Positions 22,636 through 35,560 of a stretch of DNA of 42,635 nt are shown piece by piece (position 1 is the first letter of the stretch; every line of letters starts with the position of its first letter). The position numbers were made by a program, and so were the translations under genes. This stretch comes from Chiloscyllium plagiosum (Eukaryota), in assembly GCF_004010195.1 (NCBI RefSeq), contig NW_025215219.1, forward strand, positions 3,860 through 46,494, in the 5' to 3' direction. Below the pieces are notes generated by a model. The model ran no database searches, was not told where the DNA came from, and saw only the letters and a list, made by a program, of their open reading frames with translations.

Positions 22636-24890
22636 TGGACGAGGTCAGACTATTCAAAATATTTTGACGCAGGGAGCTTCGACTAGACCTTTGCAATTTG
22701 TTTCGTTCGGTGAAAATTAACCTGAGTAAATTAGCCTTTTTAAACATAAAATCAAACATAAAATGATACACTGAGAAACAAAGAACAGAATAAAAAAAGA
22801 CCAACAGAACTCCGTCTACCCAAACTTGATTCCTTTCTACTGTTTGGAATATATGCAACAGAACCAATAAACAACCCAACCTTAAAAAAACCTTTATAAA
22901 TTGAACAAATGCTTACACGCTGAAGATAGAAGGGCAGGAGCAGAGAGAGAGCACGACCACACAGATGAACTCCAAACTAGTTCTGAACAGAACTGCTCAA
23001 CTACAGAGCTGACCACTCCCCTATCATTATACAGATAGTTTCTAAAACATGACCACTTTGGCCTGAAGTCTCATGTGTTTATAAAAAAAAGGCATCCCTT
23101 TAATCTCTGAACCAAACCAGACTAATCGGAACTGAAAAATATTTACGACTTTTCTGAAAAACAAAACAAACTTGCTCAAAGTATACTTGAGGAAACAAAA
23201 GTGTTTTTAGGAGAATATAACCACATTTGGGACACCTCCCCCCCCACCCTTAAAAAATGAACCATCAATGCCAAAAGGTGGCTTCATATTTAAAATCCTT
23301 CCAAAATCCATTTAGTTGTCAAAACACCCGAATCTTAAAGTCTCTTGCTCCACCGTTGAATACTTCTCTTGATGATAGTTCAGCTTCTTGGGAAATTGTT
23401 CGTTTTCTATCCCCTCGTCATCCTCCTGCAGGAGAACCGCAACAACATCCACATCACTGGCATCGACAGTCACATTGACAGGCTTCCTGCAATCCAGTAT
23501 GGCTAATACAGTGGCAGTGGTTAACATGGTTTGTAGTCTGTCAAACGTCTTTTGGTATTTCCTGACTGCTGAAACGTCTTGCCTTTTTTTAACTATTCTA
23601 AAATTTGGCACATGTTTTCAGTAAATGTCGCTCGATTCCAAGGAACTAGAGTGTAGCTTATTTCATTGACCGTGTGGGAAATTCCCCACTTACATTCGTC
23701 ATCGCATGCCGTGAGGCCATTTGTCCATGTTCAATATAATGGCCCAGGAAAGTGTATTGGGCATTGGCAAATTCAGTCTTAGCTAGATTTACCACCAAGC
23801 TTTCCTTCGGAAGTCTGTCGAACAATTCTGAGAAATGCTGTAAATGTTCTTTCTGTGACTGATTAAAAGTCACCACGTCATCAATATACACCACACAATT
23901 AGATAATCCGAAAACGACCTTTTTTATCAGTCTCTGAGACGTGGCTGGAAAGTTTTTCATACCGAATGGCATACCTTTGAAGAGAAATCGTCCATTTGGC
24001 GTTATGAAAGCCGAAATCCCCTTAGCACTTTCTAACAGAACTTCTTGCCAGTAGCCTTTGCAAAAGTTCAACTTAGAAATGTAAGTTGTTTGGCCCACGT
24101 TTTCGACGCAGTCCTCCAACTGTAGAATTAGATACGCATCAGTCTTTGCAACGGCGTTGCATTTTCGGTAGACCACACATACCCGTTGGTTTCCATCTGG
24201 TTTTGGAACCATAACTATGGGTGAACTCCAGGTACTGTAACTGATTTCGGTTATGTCATCTTGCAGCATGTCCTGTATCTTCTTCAGAACCTATGCCAAC
24301 TTTTGAGGGTTATGCCCATAAGACTTTTGCTTAATAGGAAAAGCATCACCTTTAAATCATGCATAATTGGATCAGCACTTCCCAGTGTACTTCCGCATAT
24401 CTTCCCATTTGATAGCAACAATTCTTTCAGTTTTTTTCGATTTTCTTGTGGAACGTAACTTAACAATTTGTCCAAATTTCGCCAACTTCGTCATTGCGAA
24501 TTTGATTAAATGAATGTCCAAATCAGAATCGTCTAAACTTGGTTCATCTTTCCTTCCCTGTCAAAATAACTTTGAGAATATACACAACGCACTGTGTGGG
24601 ATCTTTCCCGTCTGGAGGCCTTATCAAGTTGTTCACCTCAATAAATTTCTTCTCGACGTCCACTCAACCTTGATTTTTAAGGCTGAAAATAGCACCAATA
24701 CCTTATCCCCAACTGTAAGATTGCGAATTTATGATTTCGTACCCGTTCCTGTTCCATTGAATGCTCTGATAATTTAAAATGTTGTCCAGCCAACTCTCCA
24801 GCTTTATTTCATCGTTCTCTAAAACTTGACATAAAGTCCAAATGGATGGTCTCTGAATTCTGACTCATAAGTTTCTCTTCAATCAATTTT
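22636..24890 (-). mobile_element. Gmr1-type Gypsy element A, 3' half: INT C-terminus, RT, RNase H, PPT, 3' LTR (22636-23234)
   Basis: RT ORF 23658..24269 (WSSPIVMVPKPDG..MPFGMKN..VYIDD) and RNase H 23312..23611 (VDASDVDVVAVLLQ..YSTVEQE). PPT is the reverse complement of cctcccccccc at 23235, abutting LTR ...gaca. INT tail (GDKVLVL) lies upstream of RT. Confidence 0.85.
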
Positions 24891-25699
24891 GAAGAACTAT
24901 CTCTAACATAACTATTTAAAGAAAATAAATAACAATTTATTCGTTACGTCCAAAAGAGAACATTAAACAACTCCTTTCTCTGAAACCTCATTTTAGCTTC
25001 CTCTCCGGAATATTGGTCGGACAAATTTCCTCTTAAATTTACGGCAAATTAATTTTCAAACCAAATTGTCATCTTTGAATGTCAATATAACTCTGTGGAT
25101 TCCTTTAGGTCGTCATTGGTCTTCAGCTGCACGACTTTCTTACGTATAGGCACCTTTAAGAGAGCTATTCTACTGGAAGACTGTTTGTGGTTGGCTGCTC
25201 TTTGCTGTTCTCCCCAACTATTCAAAGTTCCCGATTTTAACATACACTAAAATATCGGCCCGGCTCGTTGGTTTGATATAGTCCAAAACTGTAAAACTGT
25301 GTGGCATCCAGAAGTTTCAGCTCTATGAAATATGCAGTAAACGTCTACAACTTCGTAACACCTCCCCACGTCAGTAAAAACCATCATAAAAAAGGCTTTG
25401 TATTTTTTTATTCCGTAACATTACCACGACATACATATAACTTTAATTAAAGTTCATCCTAACTTCTTCCCATGTGTGCACAATACAGTGGATAGATATA
25501 AACGTTAGTAATGTAAACTTTAGTAATTAAAGCCGCGATAATGCTCACCGATCACATTGTAATGACTCACAACTTGCACGATTTGGAGTTAAAACGTCTG
25601 TAACATGAGACGCCAACATAATAGTCACATATTCTTGTCCTGAAAGGATTGCATGAATGTAAGAGGATTATGACCCGTGAACACAACCAATTCAGACAC

Positions 25700-25960
25700 A
25701 TTGTTACAGACACGAGGACGTTGCCTGGTGCTAGCTATGAAGTGAGGTTGAGTCGGCTAGGTTTATTTAAACTGGAAGGAATGAGAGTGTGAGGGGACAT
25801 GTTTGAGATTTACAAAATCATAAAGGGTATAGACAGGGTGGATAGAGCCAAGCTTTTTCCCAGGGTAAAGGATTCAGTTATGAGACAGAACATTTGAATC
25901 GGCTCAGGCTTGAATGACCGAAGGGCGTGTTATTGGGCTGTAAATGTTCTTTGTTCTTTG
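25700..25960 (+). mobile_element. CR1 3' fragment inserted in Gypsy B
   Basis: ctatgaagtgaggttgagtcggctagg...gagatttacaaaatcataaagggtatagacagggtggatag. Confidence 0.75.
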
Positions 25961-28900
25961 ACACATTAAAATGTTATTAGGCAAGTATCAAAGTCAATCG
26001 ATCTTTTTCGATCATGGAGTATTTCCTGTCGTGGATGTTGCCTCTCTTTGTTTAATCATATTCCTGTAGCAGTACAGCTCCAAGCCCTACGTCACTCGAA
26101 TCAATGGCAACCTTGAAGGGTTTCAAAGAGTTTGCTATGGCTAAAACAGGTGCGATGTTTAATATTGCTTTCAAATGATCAAATCCTCCTGGTACTAACC
26201 TGTCCATTCGTAACCCACACAACTCTGTTAATGAGTCTTTGGAAGGTGGCGGGAACGTTTTTCATTCCAAAGGGCATCACTATGAATTAATGTAGCCCAT
26301 TTTGGATTACCAACGCAGAGATTTCTTTCACCTTCTCTGATAAAGACACCTGTCAGTAACCACGCAGTAAGTCCAACTTTGAGATGTTTCTGGCTTGTCC
26401 AACTTTCTCATCCTCCAAACTCGTTACTGGATCTGTGTCCGATTCTGTTACTGCGTTGACGTTCCGTTAATCACTTAAAATCGTTGCTTCCTGTCAGGAT
26501 TGGGAAGTAAACTGATGGGCGAAGTCCACTCGCTCTGTCTCTGGGTGCGATGATATCCTCGTAGAACATTGCCCCCGCGTTCTTTTGGAGCAGTCTGGCT
26601 TTGAAAGGATTATGCTGATAGGGTGTTGTTTTATTCAATCATCATTCACGACGTCTACTTCATTTGCAATAGCATTAGTCCTCCTCATCCGATTCTTACA
26701 TATGTCTTCATACTGCAGTAACAAACGTTTCACATGCATTCTTTTGTCTGGAGAGAAATAATTTGCTAACCTATCACACTCATTAAGAACTTATTGATTT
26801 TTAATTTTTTTGAGAAACATCAAAATCCACATCATCTGGATTTGATTCCTCATTCTCCAGGGCCGTAATTAAACATGTTTCTGCAGTGCTTTCAGGTAAT
26901 AAACCTCAGAACTATTTTCCATCCCTCTTTCGATGTCTGCATTAACATCTATTTCTTCAATTGTCTCTTCTTTCTGTTGCAAGCCCATTAGCCTTTCAGC
27001 TGGAAACACTTCAGTCTGGCACTCTGCCTGTTCAGGTTTTTCCTGCACTATTACATCAAACTGGGTTTCTGCTAACTGACCCTCAACTCGTTAATCATTC
27101 CCTTTAGTTTTTGCTTCGTTCTGTGGCTTATGTCAGTGGGATCTCGATACTACACAGTCTACCAGGATATTTCTGTTTTAACTCCTCAGTTTCTGGTCTT
27201 TCTTGGGCTTCTCCAAAACAAGGGATGTAAGTCCCACCTTCGAACCTGCTAAATGATTTCGAATAACAAACTGGATTCCTGAAACTGACACTCTGTCAAT
27301 CAATCCGACTGTTTCTTCCACAGTCTGGATTTGGCACGCCAACCTAGTCTTACACAGAGGAACGCAAACATTCTGTCCATCTATCGCACAAAGTACCACA
27401 ATCTCAGGTAACAGAACACGAAGAGTACCAATTCGCTCATCTCTTAGTCTTAGAGACTGGTTAGATGTTCCATCTCTTAAAATTATAACTTCTTGTCCTC
27501 CTCTACCCCACGTCCCCTCCCCCCACGTTCTTTCAGAATAGACTTTCCCCACAGAAGTGACGATGGTGATCTGGCAAAATCCGCCCCTAACTCGTCTGTG
27601 CAGTGTCCTGATGCTCCTCGACGTTTATTGTGGTTCTCTTTACTCCTTCCACTCATACCACGAGCTGAGCTTATTTTACTACATCTTTTCCCGAGTTATC
27701 TGTATGGTTACATGTTTCACTTTACCAGAGGGGAAACACCTGAGGCCTTTCACCTCCTTTCCACCCTCTTGGGCTTCTTCTTAAACCTGCGTTATCAGTT
27801 TCCTCTACCCTTTGATTTGAAGTGTAGTATCTCCCCTTCTCACAGGTTCTCTATCTCACGTCATGTAATTCTGGCCGGAAGCTTGTCATAGGCACCAACA
27901 TGCATTCATCTGCTGACTCTGCTCTTCTCACTTCCTGAACTTTCTGTTAATACACGTGAATTATTTCTCTGAATTCCTCTGGAAGAGTTTTTTTTTTAAC
28001 TCCTCCAGCAGAGTAACCTCTCCTAGCGCCTCATATGTCTTATCTAATTTAGAGGCCTGCACCCTTCTATCTAAAATGACGATGTTTCATTCTTTAGAAC
28101 TCAACACCAGACTGACATAGTTCCGTCTTTATATTTCTGAACCACTGTTTGTACACGTCCGGCAGCAATTAATAAATACTTAAAATAGCGTGTTTGACCT
28201 CTTCATAATCTCTTGACTGCACATCTGACAACGCTGCAAATACCTCACGAGCTCTGCTGACCAGTGTATTCTGAAATAAATTTACCCATAAATCCCTGTA
28301 CCACTCCATCTGCCTCGCCAATTTTTCAAACGAAATAAAGAAGGCTTTCTCAAACAAATGTGGTAGAGTTTTGACATACTTGTATATATCACTACGCTCT
28401 GTTTTCATTTCCATTCTGTTAATTTGACTTCACTGACTAATTCACAAATTCAAAATTTAAATTATCTCTCTTTTTCTCTCTGCCTTTCTTCTCTTTCTCT
28501 TTACTCAGCTAAGAACATTCTCTCTCTTTCTTTCTCTCTCTCTTTCTCTCTTTTGTCACTCTTTCACCTTCCCTTTTTCTTTTCTGGCTTTCTCTTTGTA
28601 TATCTTCTAACTCCGTTTTCCTTAATTGTAATTGAATGTTTTTGAACTCTGCTGCACTTGTCTTTTCCTCTGAAATACCTAGGTATCTGAGTTATACCCT
28701 TACAAATTTAGCTATACGTTTGTCTTTGATTATTCCAACTCCAACCTCTTTGCTAATTATAAGAATAAGGTATTTTTATTTCCTTCTGGACTTTCTTAGC
28801 AAACTTGGGAATCATCCTCATACCCCAGAACCTTTTTTGCAACTTTAATAGCTATTTCAGTCAGATTTCAGTAGCAGTAACCACAAGTAACCACAACTAA

Positions 28901-29028
28901 GCAATACGTCTCTCCAATGTTATGTTTAAACATTAACCGGCAAGTTTTAGAATCGACTGGGCTTTTTCGTAATCCAAACTTACTTAAGTCTATACAAATC
29001 ACAGACTGGGTCTATCTAAACGGTTCAA

Positions 29029-29049
29029 ATCACGGAGACAGAGCCTCCA
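29029..29049 (-). other. Degenerate tRNA-Pro primer-binding site of Gypsy B
   Basis: Reverse complement tggaggctctgtctccgtgat compared with canonical TGGGGGCTCGTCCGGGAT; adjacent to the LTR end. Confidence 0.6.
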
Positions 29050-29763
29050 AACTTTTATGACCCGGGGTAAACCCTTCTATGACTTCAACCTGACACATAG
29101 AGAAAAAAATCACCTTGCCTCTTAATCTCCTAAATTATGAGTCAGATAGAATTTACCAATCCCACAACTCAGAGAAAAATTACAATTTATCATTTAACTC
29201 CCAGAAAAAATATTAACAACAAATATGTGCACTGTAATCATCCTTTGTCTGAACAATGTATCAATGTCCCACTTCATCCAAACAAACGATTGATTTTAAC
29301 AACAAATTGAAATTTCAAAACCAGTCGTTTTTTCGGATTTCCTTTTGTATATTCCTCTGTAGATTTTCCTGTCTTTAATCTTTGGTCATCTGTTTCACAG
29401 ATTTGATATGAACAGGTAGCTTTCAGAGAGCGATTCTGTGGGTAGACTGTTGGTGCTCTTTGCCAGTCTGATGAACTGTTCAAAATACCTGATTTTTATA
29501 ACCAAAACATCGGGCGGGCACATTGGTTTAGTGACATCACAACATGTAAATTCAAATTCGATTGGAATTTGGTTCCTTGGTGAAGAATCTAAACTGATTG
29601 TCCAATATCAGATTTGTTGTGCATCATAGCAACTCAGCTCCAGCTATTTGTTTCCCAGCCAATTGTTACCATTTTCGATTTTTCAGCACACTCTCTGCGT
29701 TTTAAATCCTTGCCTGCTTTCACTCTCCTGAATGGTACAGTATGCAGCTACACCTTCAGAACA

Positions 29764-32700
29764 GTCAGCTGGACCATCCCAGCTGTATCCACTGAGATTC
29801 TTAATTTCGAGAGCTGGACTTTCTTGGCTGTTCACACTAAGATTTCAAGTTTAAAACGTTGCACCACCCCATCTACTCATATGGAGATTTCCAGGTTCCA
29901 GAGCTGGACTGTAAAGGCTATTCACACCGAGATTCTCAGCTCCGGGAGCTGGACTGTACCAACTGTTCCAAACGAGATTCCCAGCTTATGCAGCCGGCTG
30001 AGAGAGCTGGGCTTCCCCAGAGTTTTCATAGCCAGATTCCCAGTTTACAGAGCTGGACCATAATCGCTGTTCAGACCGTGATTCCCTGTTTTGAGACCCG
30101 GAATATCACGGTTGTTTATAGTGAGATTCCCCATTTATAGATCTGGACCAGCCCAACTATATTCGCCGAGATGCACAGCTTTGAGTGCTGGCACATATCA
30201 GTGTGATTAACAGTTTAGAGAGCTGCACCAATCCATCTTTTATACTGGGATTGCCGGTTTGGACAGCTTGACCATCGTGGAGATTCATACCAAGATTCCA
30301 AATTTAGACAGATGGATACATGTGGCTGTTTGCACTGAGAAACCCAGTTTACAGAATTGGACCTTCCCGACTGTTTACAGCAAAATTCCCAGTTTACAGA
30401 CCTGGACAAACCTGGTTTTTCACTCTGAAATTCCCAGTTTATGGAGTTTGATCAACCTGGCTGTTCGCACTGAGATTCCGAATTCAGTGTTTTGGTCCAT
30501 CCCCACTGTTCACACCGAGATTCCCACTTAAGAGAGCAAGACCATACCGGATGTTCACAACGATGCTCCCAGTTCAGACAAATGGATTATCCCGGCTGTG
30601 TACGCCTAGATTCCATTAGAGTTCGCTGATTCCGATGTGTTCATAATGAGATTCCCAGTTTAGATAGCCCGACTAACGTTTTTTTATTCACACCGAGATT
30701 ATCAGTTAAAAACGTGGAACGTAATGGCTATTCACACTGACTTTCCCAGTGTAAACAGCTCGAACATCCCGGCTATTCTCAATAAGATCCCCAGTTTCGA
30801 GAGCAGGAGTAACTCAGCTTTTCACACTGTGATTCACAGTTTAGAGAGCTGGGCGAACACGGCTGTTCACAGCGCCATTCCTTGCTGAGAGACCTAGAGA
30901 CCTGGCTGCTCACAATGATGCTTTACACTTTAGAGAACTGAACCATCCCGGATGTTTGTACTGAGATTCCCAGTTTAGAATGCCCGACGAATCTGCAAAG
31001 TGCACTCTGAGATTCACTGCATAGAGAGCTGGACCATTTCCGACTATTCACACTGAAATTCCCAGGCTTGACAGCTGGACCATCCGGTGTGTTCACACAG
31101 AGATTTCCTGTTGAGAGTCCTGGACCATCCCAGAGTGTTCACAAGGGATAACTGGTTTAAAAAGTTTTTATCATCCCGGTGTATTCATGCTGCGATTTGT
31201 AGTTTACAGAACTCGACAACTCCGTATGTTCACACCGAGATTCCCAGTTAAACGAGCTGGACCAGAACAACCATACACACAGAGAAACCCAGTTTAGAGA
31301 GCTGGAAATTTCCAGCTTCTCAAACTGAGATTCTCAATTTAAAGAGCTGTACCAGCTTGACTTGTCACAAGAAGATTCCCAGTTTAGAGCGCTGTACCAC
31401 CCCGGTTGTCCACACTGACATTTCTATTTTAGAGAGGAGGACCATTCCGGCTGTTCACACTGAGATTCCCTGTTTAGAGAGTTATACGATCCCAGCTGTT
31501 CACATGAAGAAATCCTGGTTTGGAGAGCTGGACAATCTCACCCATTCAAAATAAGATTCTCGGTTTGGATAGCAGGACCATCCCAGTTGTTCACACTGCG
31601 TTTCCTAATTTTGCAAGTAGGAGCATTCTGGATGTTCGCACTGAGATTTCCAGTTGAGAGAGCATAACCAGTGCGTTCACACTGAGATTCTCAGTTATGA
31701 ATGCTTTTCAATCCTGACTGTTCACACTGACATACCCAGTTTGCAGAACTGGGACATCCTGGCTGAACATAGCGATAATCCCAGTTTAGCGATTTGAATC
31801 ATCCCAGCTGTTCACAGCGAGATTCACAGCTTAGAAAGGTACATGATCCCAGGTGTTAAAACGAGACAACTGTTCAGGAGAGAGGCACCATCCCAGCTGT
31901 TCACACTGAGATTACCAGTTTAGACAGCTGGACCATTTCCGGATGTTCACAGTGAGATTTCCAGTTTAGAGAGCAGGACCATTCCCAGCGATTCACACTG
32001 AGATTCGCAGTCGAGTGATCTGGATCATTCTCGGCTGTTCACACCGAAATTCCCAGCTGAGAAAGTTGCATCAGTCTGGTGTGTTCACACTGAGATTTCA
32101 GGTTTAACGAGCTGCATCATGCCACCTGTTCACACCGAGATTCCCAGTTTTGAGAGTTGAACTATTCCAGTTGTTCACATGAAGATTCCCAGTTTAGAGA
32201 GCTGCACAAATAAGGTTTCTCCCAATGAGATTCCAGTTTAGACAGCGGAACCATTCCTGCTGTTCACACCGAGATTCTCAGTTTCGTGGCTGTACCAAAC
32301 CAATGTGATTCCCAGTTAATTGAGCTGGAAAATCACGGCTGTTCGCACCGAGACTCCCTCTTGAAGGAGCAGGAACATCCTGGCTATTGATATTCAGGTT
32401 CCCAGCTGAGAGAGCTGCAGTATTGCAGCTGTTCCGATCGAGATTCCGTTTTAATAGAGCGGGACCATCCCGGCTGTTCACCCTGAGGTTCCCAGTTACC
32501 AGCGCAGAACCATCCCGCCTGTTATCACTGAGATTCCAGTTGATAGACCTAAACGATCCAGGTGTGTTCACACTGAGATTCCCGGTTTAGAGTGCCAGAC
32601 CATCCAGTGCATTCATACTGAGATTCCCAGTTGAGAGAAGTGTACTACTCCGTCTGTTCACATAGGGATTCCCAGTTTAGAGACCTGGACCGGTCCAGTG

Positions 32701-33420
32701 TGTTCACAGTGAGGTTCCCAGTTGAGAGAGCTGAACCATCCCAGCTGTTTATACTGAGATTCGCAGTAGATCGAGCTAGACTTTTTCAGCTGTTCACACG
32801 AGATTCCTAGTTTAGAGAGTCGGACCATCCCGGCTATTCACACCGAGATTGCCAGTTTAGAGATTTGAACCATTCTGAATGTTCACCCCGAAATGTCCAC
32901 TTAAGAGTGCTGGACCAATCCGGCTGTTCCATCTGAGATTCCCAGTTTCAAGAATGCAAGCGTTCCGGCTGTGCACACTAATGTTCCCAATTTGGAGAGC
33001 TGCATGACTCCAGCTTTGAAAACCGAGATTTCCAGTTTTGACAGCTGGGCCTCACTCGCTGTTCACACTGAGTTTTACTGTTTTAAGCGTCGGACCATCC
33101 TAGATGATCCCAATGAGAATCACAGTTTTGAGAGCATAGCCATCCCACTGTTCAGACTGAGACGGACCTTTTGCACGAAACGGCCATTCTTGTGCTTCTG
33201 TGATGTTGTCTGTCCTGCTGTACTTTTCCAACAGCAAACTATCGACACTCATTTCCATCATCGACAGTCCTCACTTCCGCCTAATTTTCCCAATTGAGAG
33301 TGGTAGGCTATCAAAGCTGTTCACACTGGGATTCTCAGTGTAGAGAGCAGGAAGGTCCCAGCTATTCCCACTGAATTTCCTAGTTTAGAGTGCTGATCCC
33401 AGCCAGCTGTTCCCCTGGAG
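29764..33420. repeat. Diverged 45-bp minisatellite, ~80 copies; consensus gttcacactgagattcccagtttagagagctggaccatcccagct
   Basis: The unit is readable throughout, and computed ORFs show the 15-aa repeat VHTEIPSLESWTIPA with variants. Confidence 0.95.
33155..33283 (+). mobile_element. Old degenerate Penelope-like terminal fragment inserted in the minisatellite
   Basis: cttttgcacgaaacggccattc...ctgctgtacttttccaacagc...cagtcctcacttccgcc aligns with the family at 39884-39973 and 38967-38999. Confidence 0.65.
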
Positions 33421-33827
33421 AATCGCAGCACGTTCGGATAAAATGACTGCATTTCAATGCCCAGCTGTTTCAGGTTCAGGGCGTGAACTGAAGGCACTCC
33501 TCACACTCAAATCTTCAGCTGCAAATGTTAGAGAGTGTTTGTATTCTCCAGGATCACAACCAAGGATTTCCACAGAGAGCTCACAAATAGATCCACACAG
33601 TAGGTGTGCTCTCAGTGCAGCCCTGGAAATAGGCAGGCAGGGTATTTTATCATTTGGTGAGTGGCAGACAGCTCCAATTCACCACTCCTAAAGCCAGGGC
33701 ATAAGGGAATCGGAGATCAGGTGAATAGTTTCTCGCTTGTTTAATAGTGGAAGGCAAAACCATTTTAACAATTATAAAGAATGAATAGCCCTGTAAAACG
33801 AGGAATTAGAAGATATTGTTACAAGTA

Positions 33828-34146
33828 AGATTAGATTAGATTAGATTTCATTACTTCCAGTGTGGAAACAGGCCCTTCAGCCCAACAAGTCCACACCGCC
33901 CTCCCGAAGCGCAACCCACCCATACCCCTACATTTACCCCTTACCTAACACTACGGGTAATTTAGCATGGCCAATTCACCTTACCTGCACATCTTTTGGA
34001 CTGTGGGAGGAAACCGGAGCACCCGGATGAAACCCACGCAGACACGGGGAGAACGTGCAAACTCCACACAGTCAGTCGCCTGAGGCGGGAATTGAACCCT
34101 GGCGCTGTGAGGCAGCAGTGCTAACCACTGTGCCACCGTGCCGCCC
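33828..34146 (-). mobile_element. HE1-type V-SINE (tRNA head, CR1-like tail)
   Basis: Reverse complement begins gggcggcacggtggcacagtggttagcactgctgcctcacagcgcc. Contains the V core ggtttcctcccacagtccaaa and a (ctaat)n tail. Confidence 0.92.
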
Positions 34147-35039
34147 ACAAATGTAAACACATTCAAAAACATGATCTTGGCAACGTTGGAGATCCGAATT
34201 GAAAGCAAAGAGTTGGTGAACCTCAGATGGTATTCCAGCAACTGTGGTCAGATTGGTCTAGCATTCCGAAGAAGCCAGCTCAATTCTTTGCTGACAGGAG
34301 GTAAATACTAGTATGACATCTGGGGGACTGTGAATGTAATTCCTAAAACGTCAGAAAGAAAATGTTAGTCCGAGTAATGGTGAGTAGATACTATCATCAA
34401 ATAACAAAACTGAAAAGGTCAATTCATGTCCTTTAAGGAGGGAAATTTTGTCAACCTTACCTGGTCTGGCCTATATGTGGCTCCAGCCCAGCAACAAGGG
34501 GATAAGCTCAAGAGGATGATGTATACAATTCGTTGCCTTCTGTCGTCAGGATACATGGTAAAAAAAAAAGAGGAATTGCTGTTATATTTGTGCTGGAGGA
34601 AATTGAATAACATTCAAGTATTTTGTTTGTTGTTGTTCACTGGTGCGAAGTGGGCATCTCTGGTTGGGTCTGTATTTTATTAGGTACCCTGAGTTTTCCT
34701 TGAGCATGTGCTGGTGAGTTACTGCCTTAAACTGATGTCGTTCCTCTGTTGAAGATTGATTCACAATGCCATTAGGGAGGGAAATTCCAGGACTTTGACT
34801 GAACAATACTTATGGGATAGTGGTGTGTTTACAGGTTAGGATGGTAACTTGCTTGGACATTTGGGTGCATAAGTATTGTTGTGCTCCTATGGATATACTG
34901 CAGTAGTACTGGAATTGAAGACGCTATTTAAGGAGCTTTGGCAAATCGTTTCAGTTCATCTTGTAATTCGAATACCTGCTGTTAGTAAGCTTCGCTGGTG
35001 GAGGGAATGGATGATGATTAACTGATGATACTCAATATC

Positions 35040-35560
35040 TGCCATTCAGATAAAACATCTGTTCATTCATGTTCTTTGTATTCTGGCTCACAACCAGTTC
35101 ACCATTTATGTGATGGGGGCAGTGCACTCACGTATACTTGATTTTTTCATGATGCCTTCCGATGTGGGGTTTTACCAAACTTCTTCAAAAGTCCAAGTGA
35201 ATCATATTCGCACGCTTCCTCGAACAACCCACTGCAAGTAATCTCTGAACATTGGAGTACATGTGGTAGGTATCATTTCCCCTTTGTAAATCCGTACTGA
35301 CCATGACCAATACACACACAGTGTTCCAAGTCTTCTGTTATTGCATTTTTTACGATTTGCTCCCGAATATTTCTCACGTCTCAAGTCAGTCCAAAAGATC
35401 TAATACTTTGTTTGCAGTCTACATCATTTGTTTTTAATAAGCATGGTTCCGTAACTGCTCTCCAATCCATGGGACCGACTTGAGAGTCTACAAATTCTTG
35501 AACGGTGACTACAAATGCATCCACTTCTTCCAGAGCCAATCCGTAAATACACTGGGAAGG
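35040..35560 (-). mobile_element. Highly degenerate CR1 RT fragment
   Basis: Minus strand reads GPMDWRAV...ITEDLEH..IGHGQYGFTKGK. Confidence 0.7.

Larger units (their letters stand above)
24891..29763 (-). mobile_element. Gmr1-type Gypsy element B: 5' LTR (~29053-29763), PBS, gag, protease region, deleted INT, partial RT/RH, PPT, partial 3' LTR (~24891-25360)
   Basis: Gag ORF 28169..28414 (FFISFEKLARQMEW..DYEEVKHAIL) and a degraded knuckle LRCF. RT KLDLLRGY/MPFGMKNVPATFQRL and RH KPFKVAIDSSDVGLGAVLLQ. PPT at 25361. The two LTRs are alignable but diverged. Confidence 0.8.

Noticed and set aside
23658..24269. Domesticated or active RT gene
   Set aside because: Flanking pol sequence has frameshifts and stops, and conserved residues are altered (VVYRK for VDYRK, LNF for LDL).
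29764..33420. CRISPR-like array
   Set aside because: The whole 45-bp unit is repeated and diverges evenly, with no conserved repeat plus unique spacers, no cas genes, and a vertebrate context.
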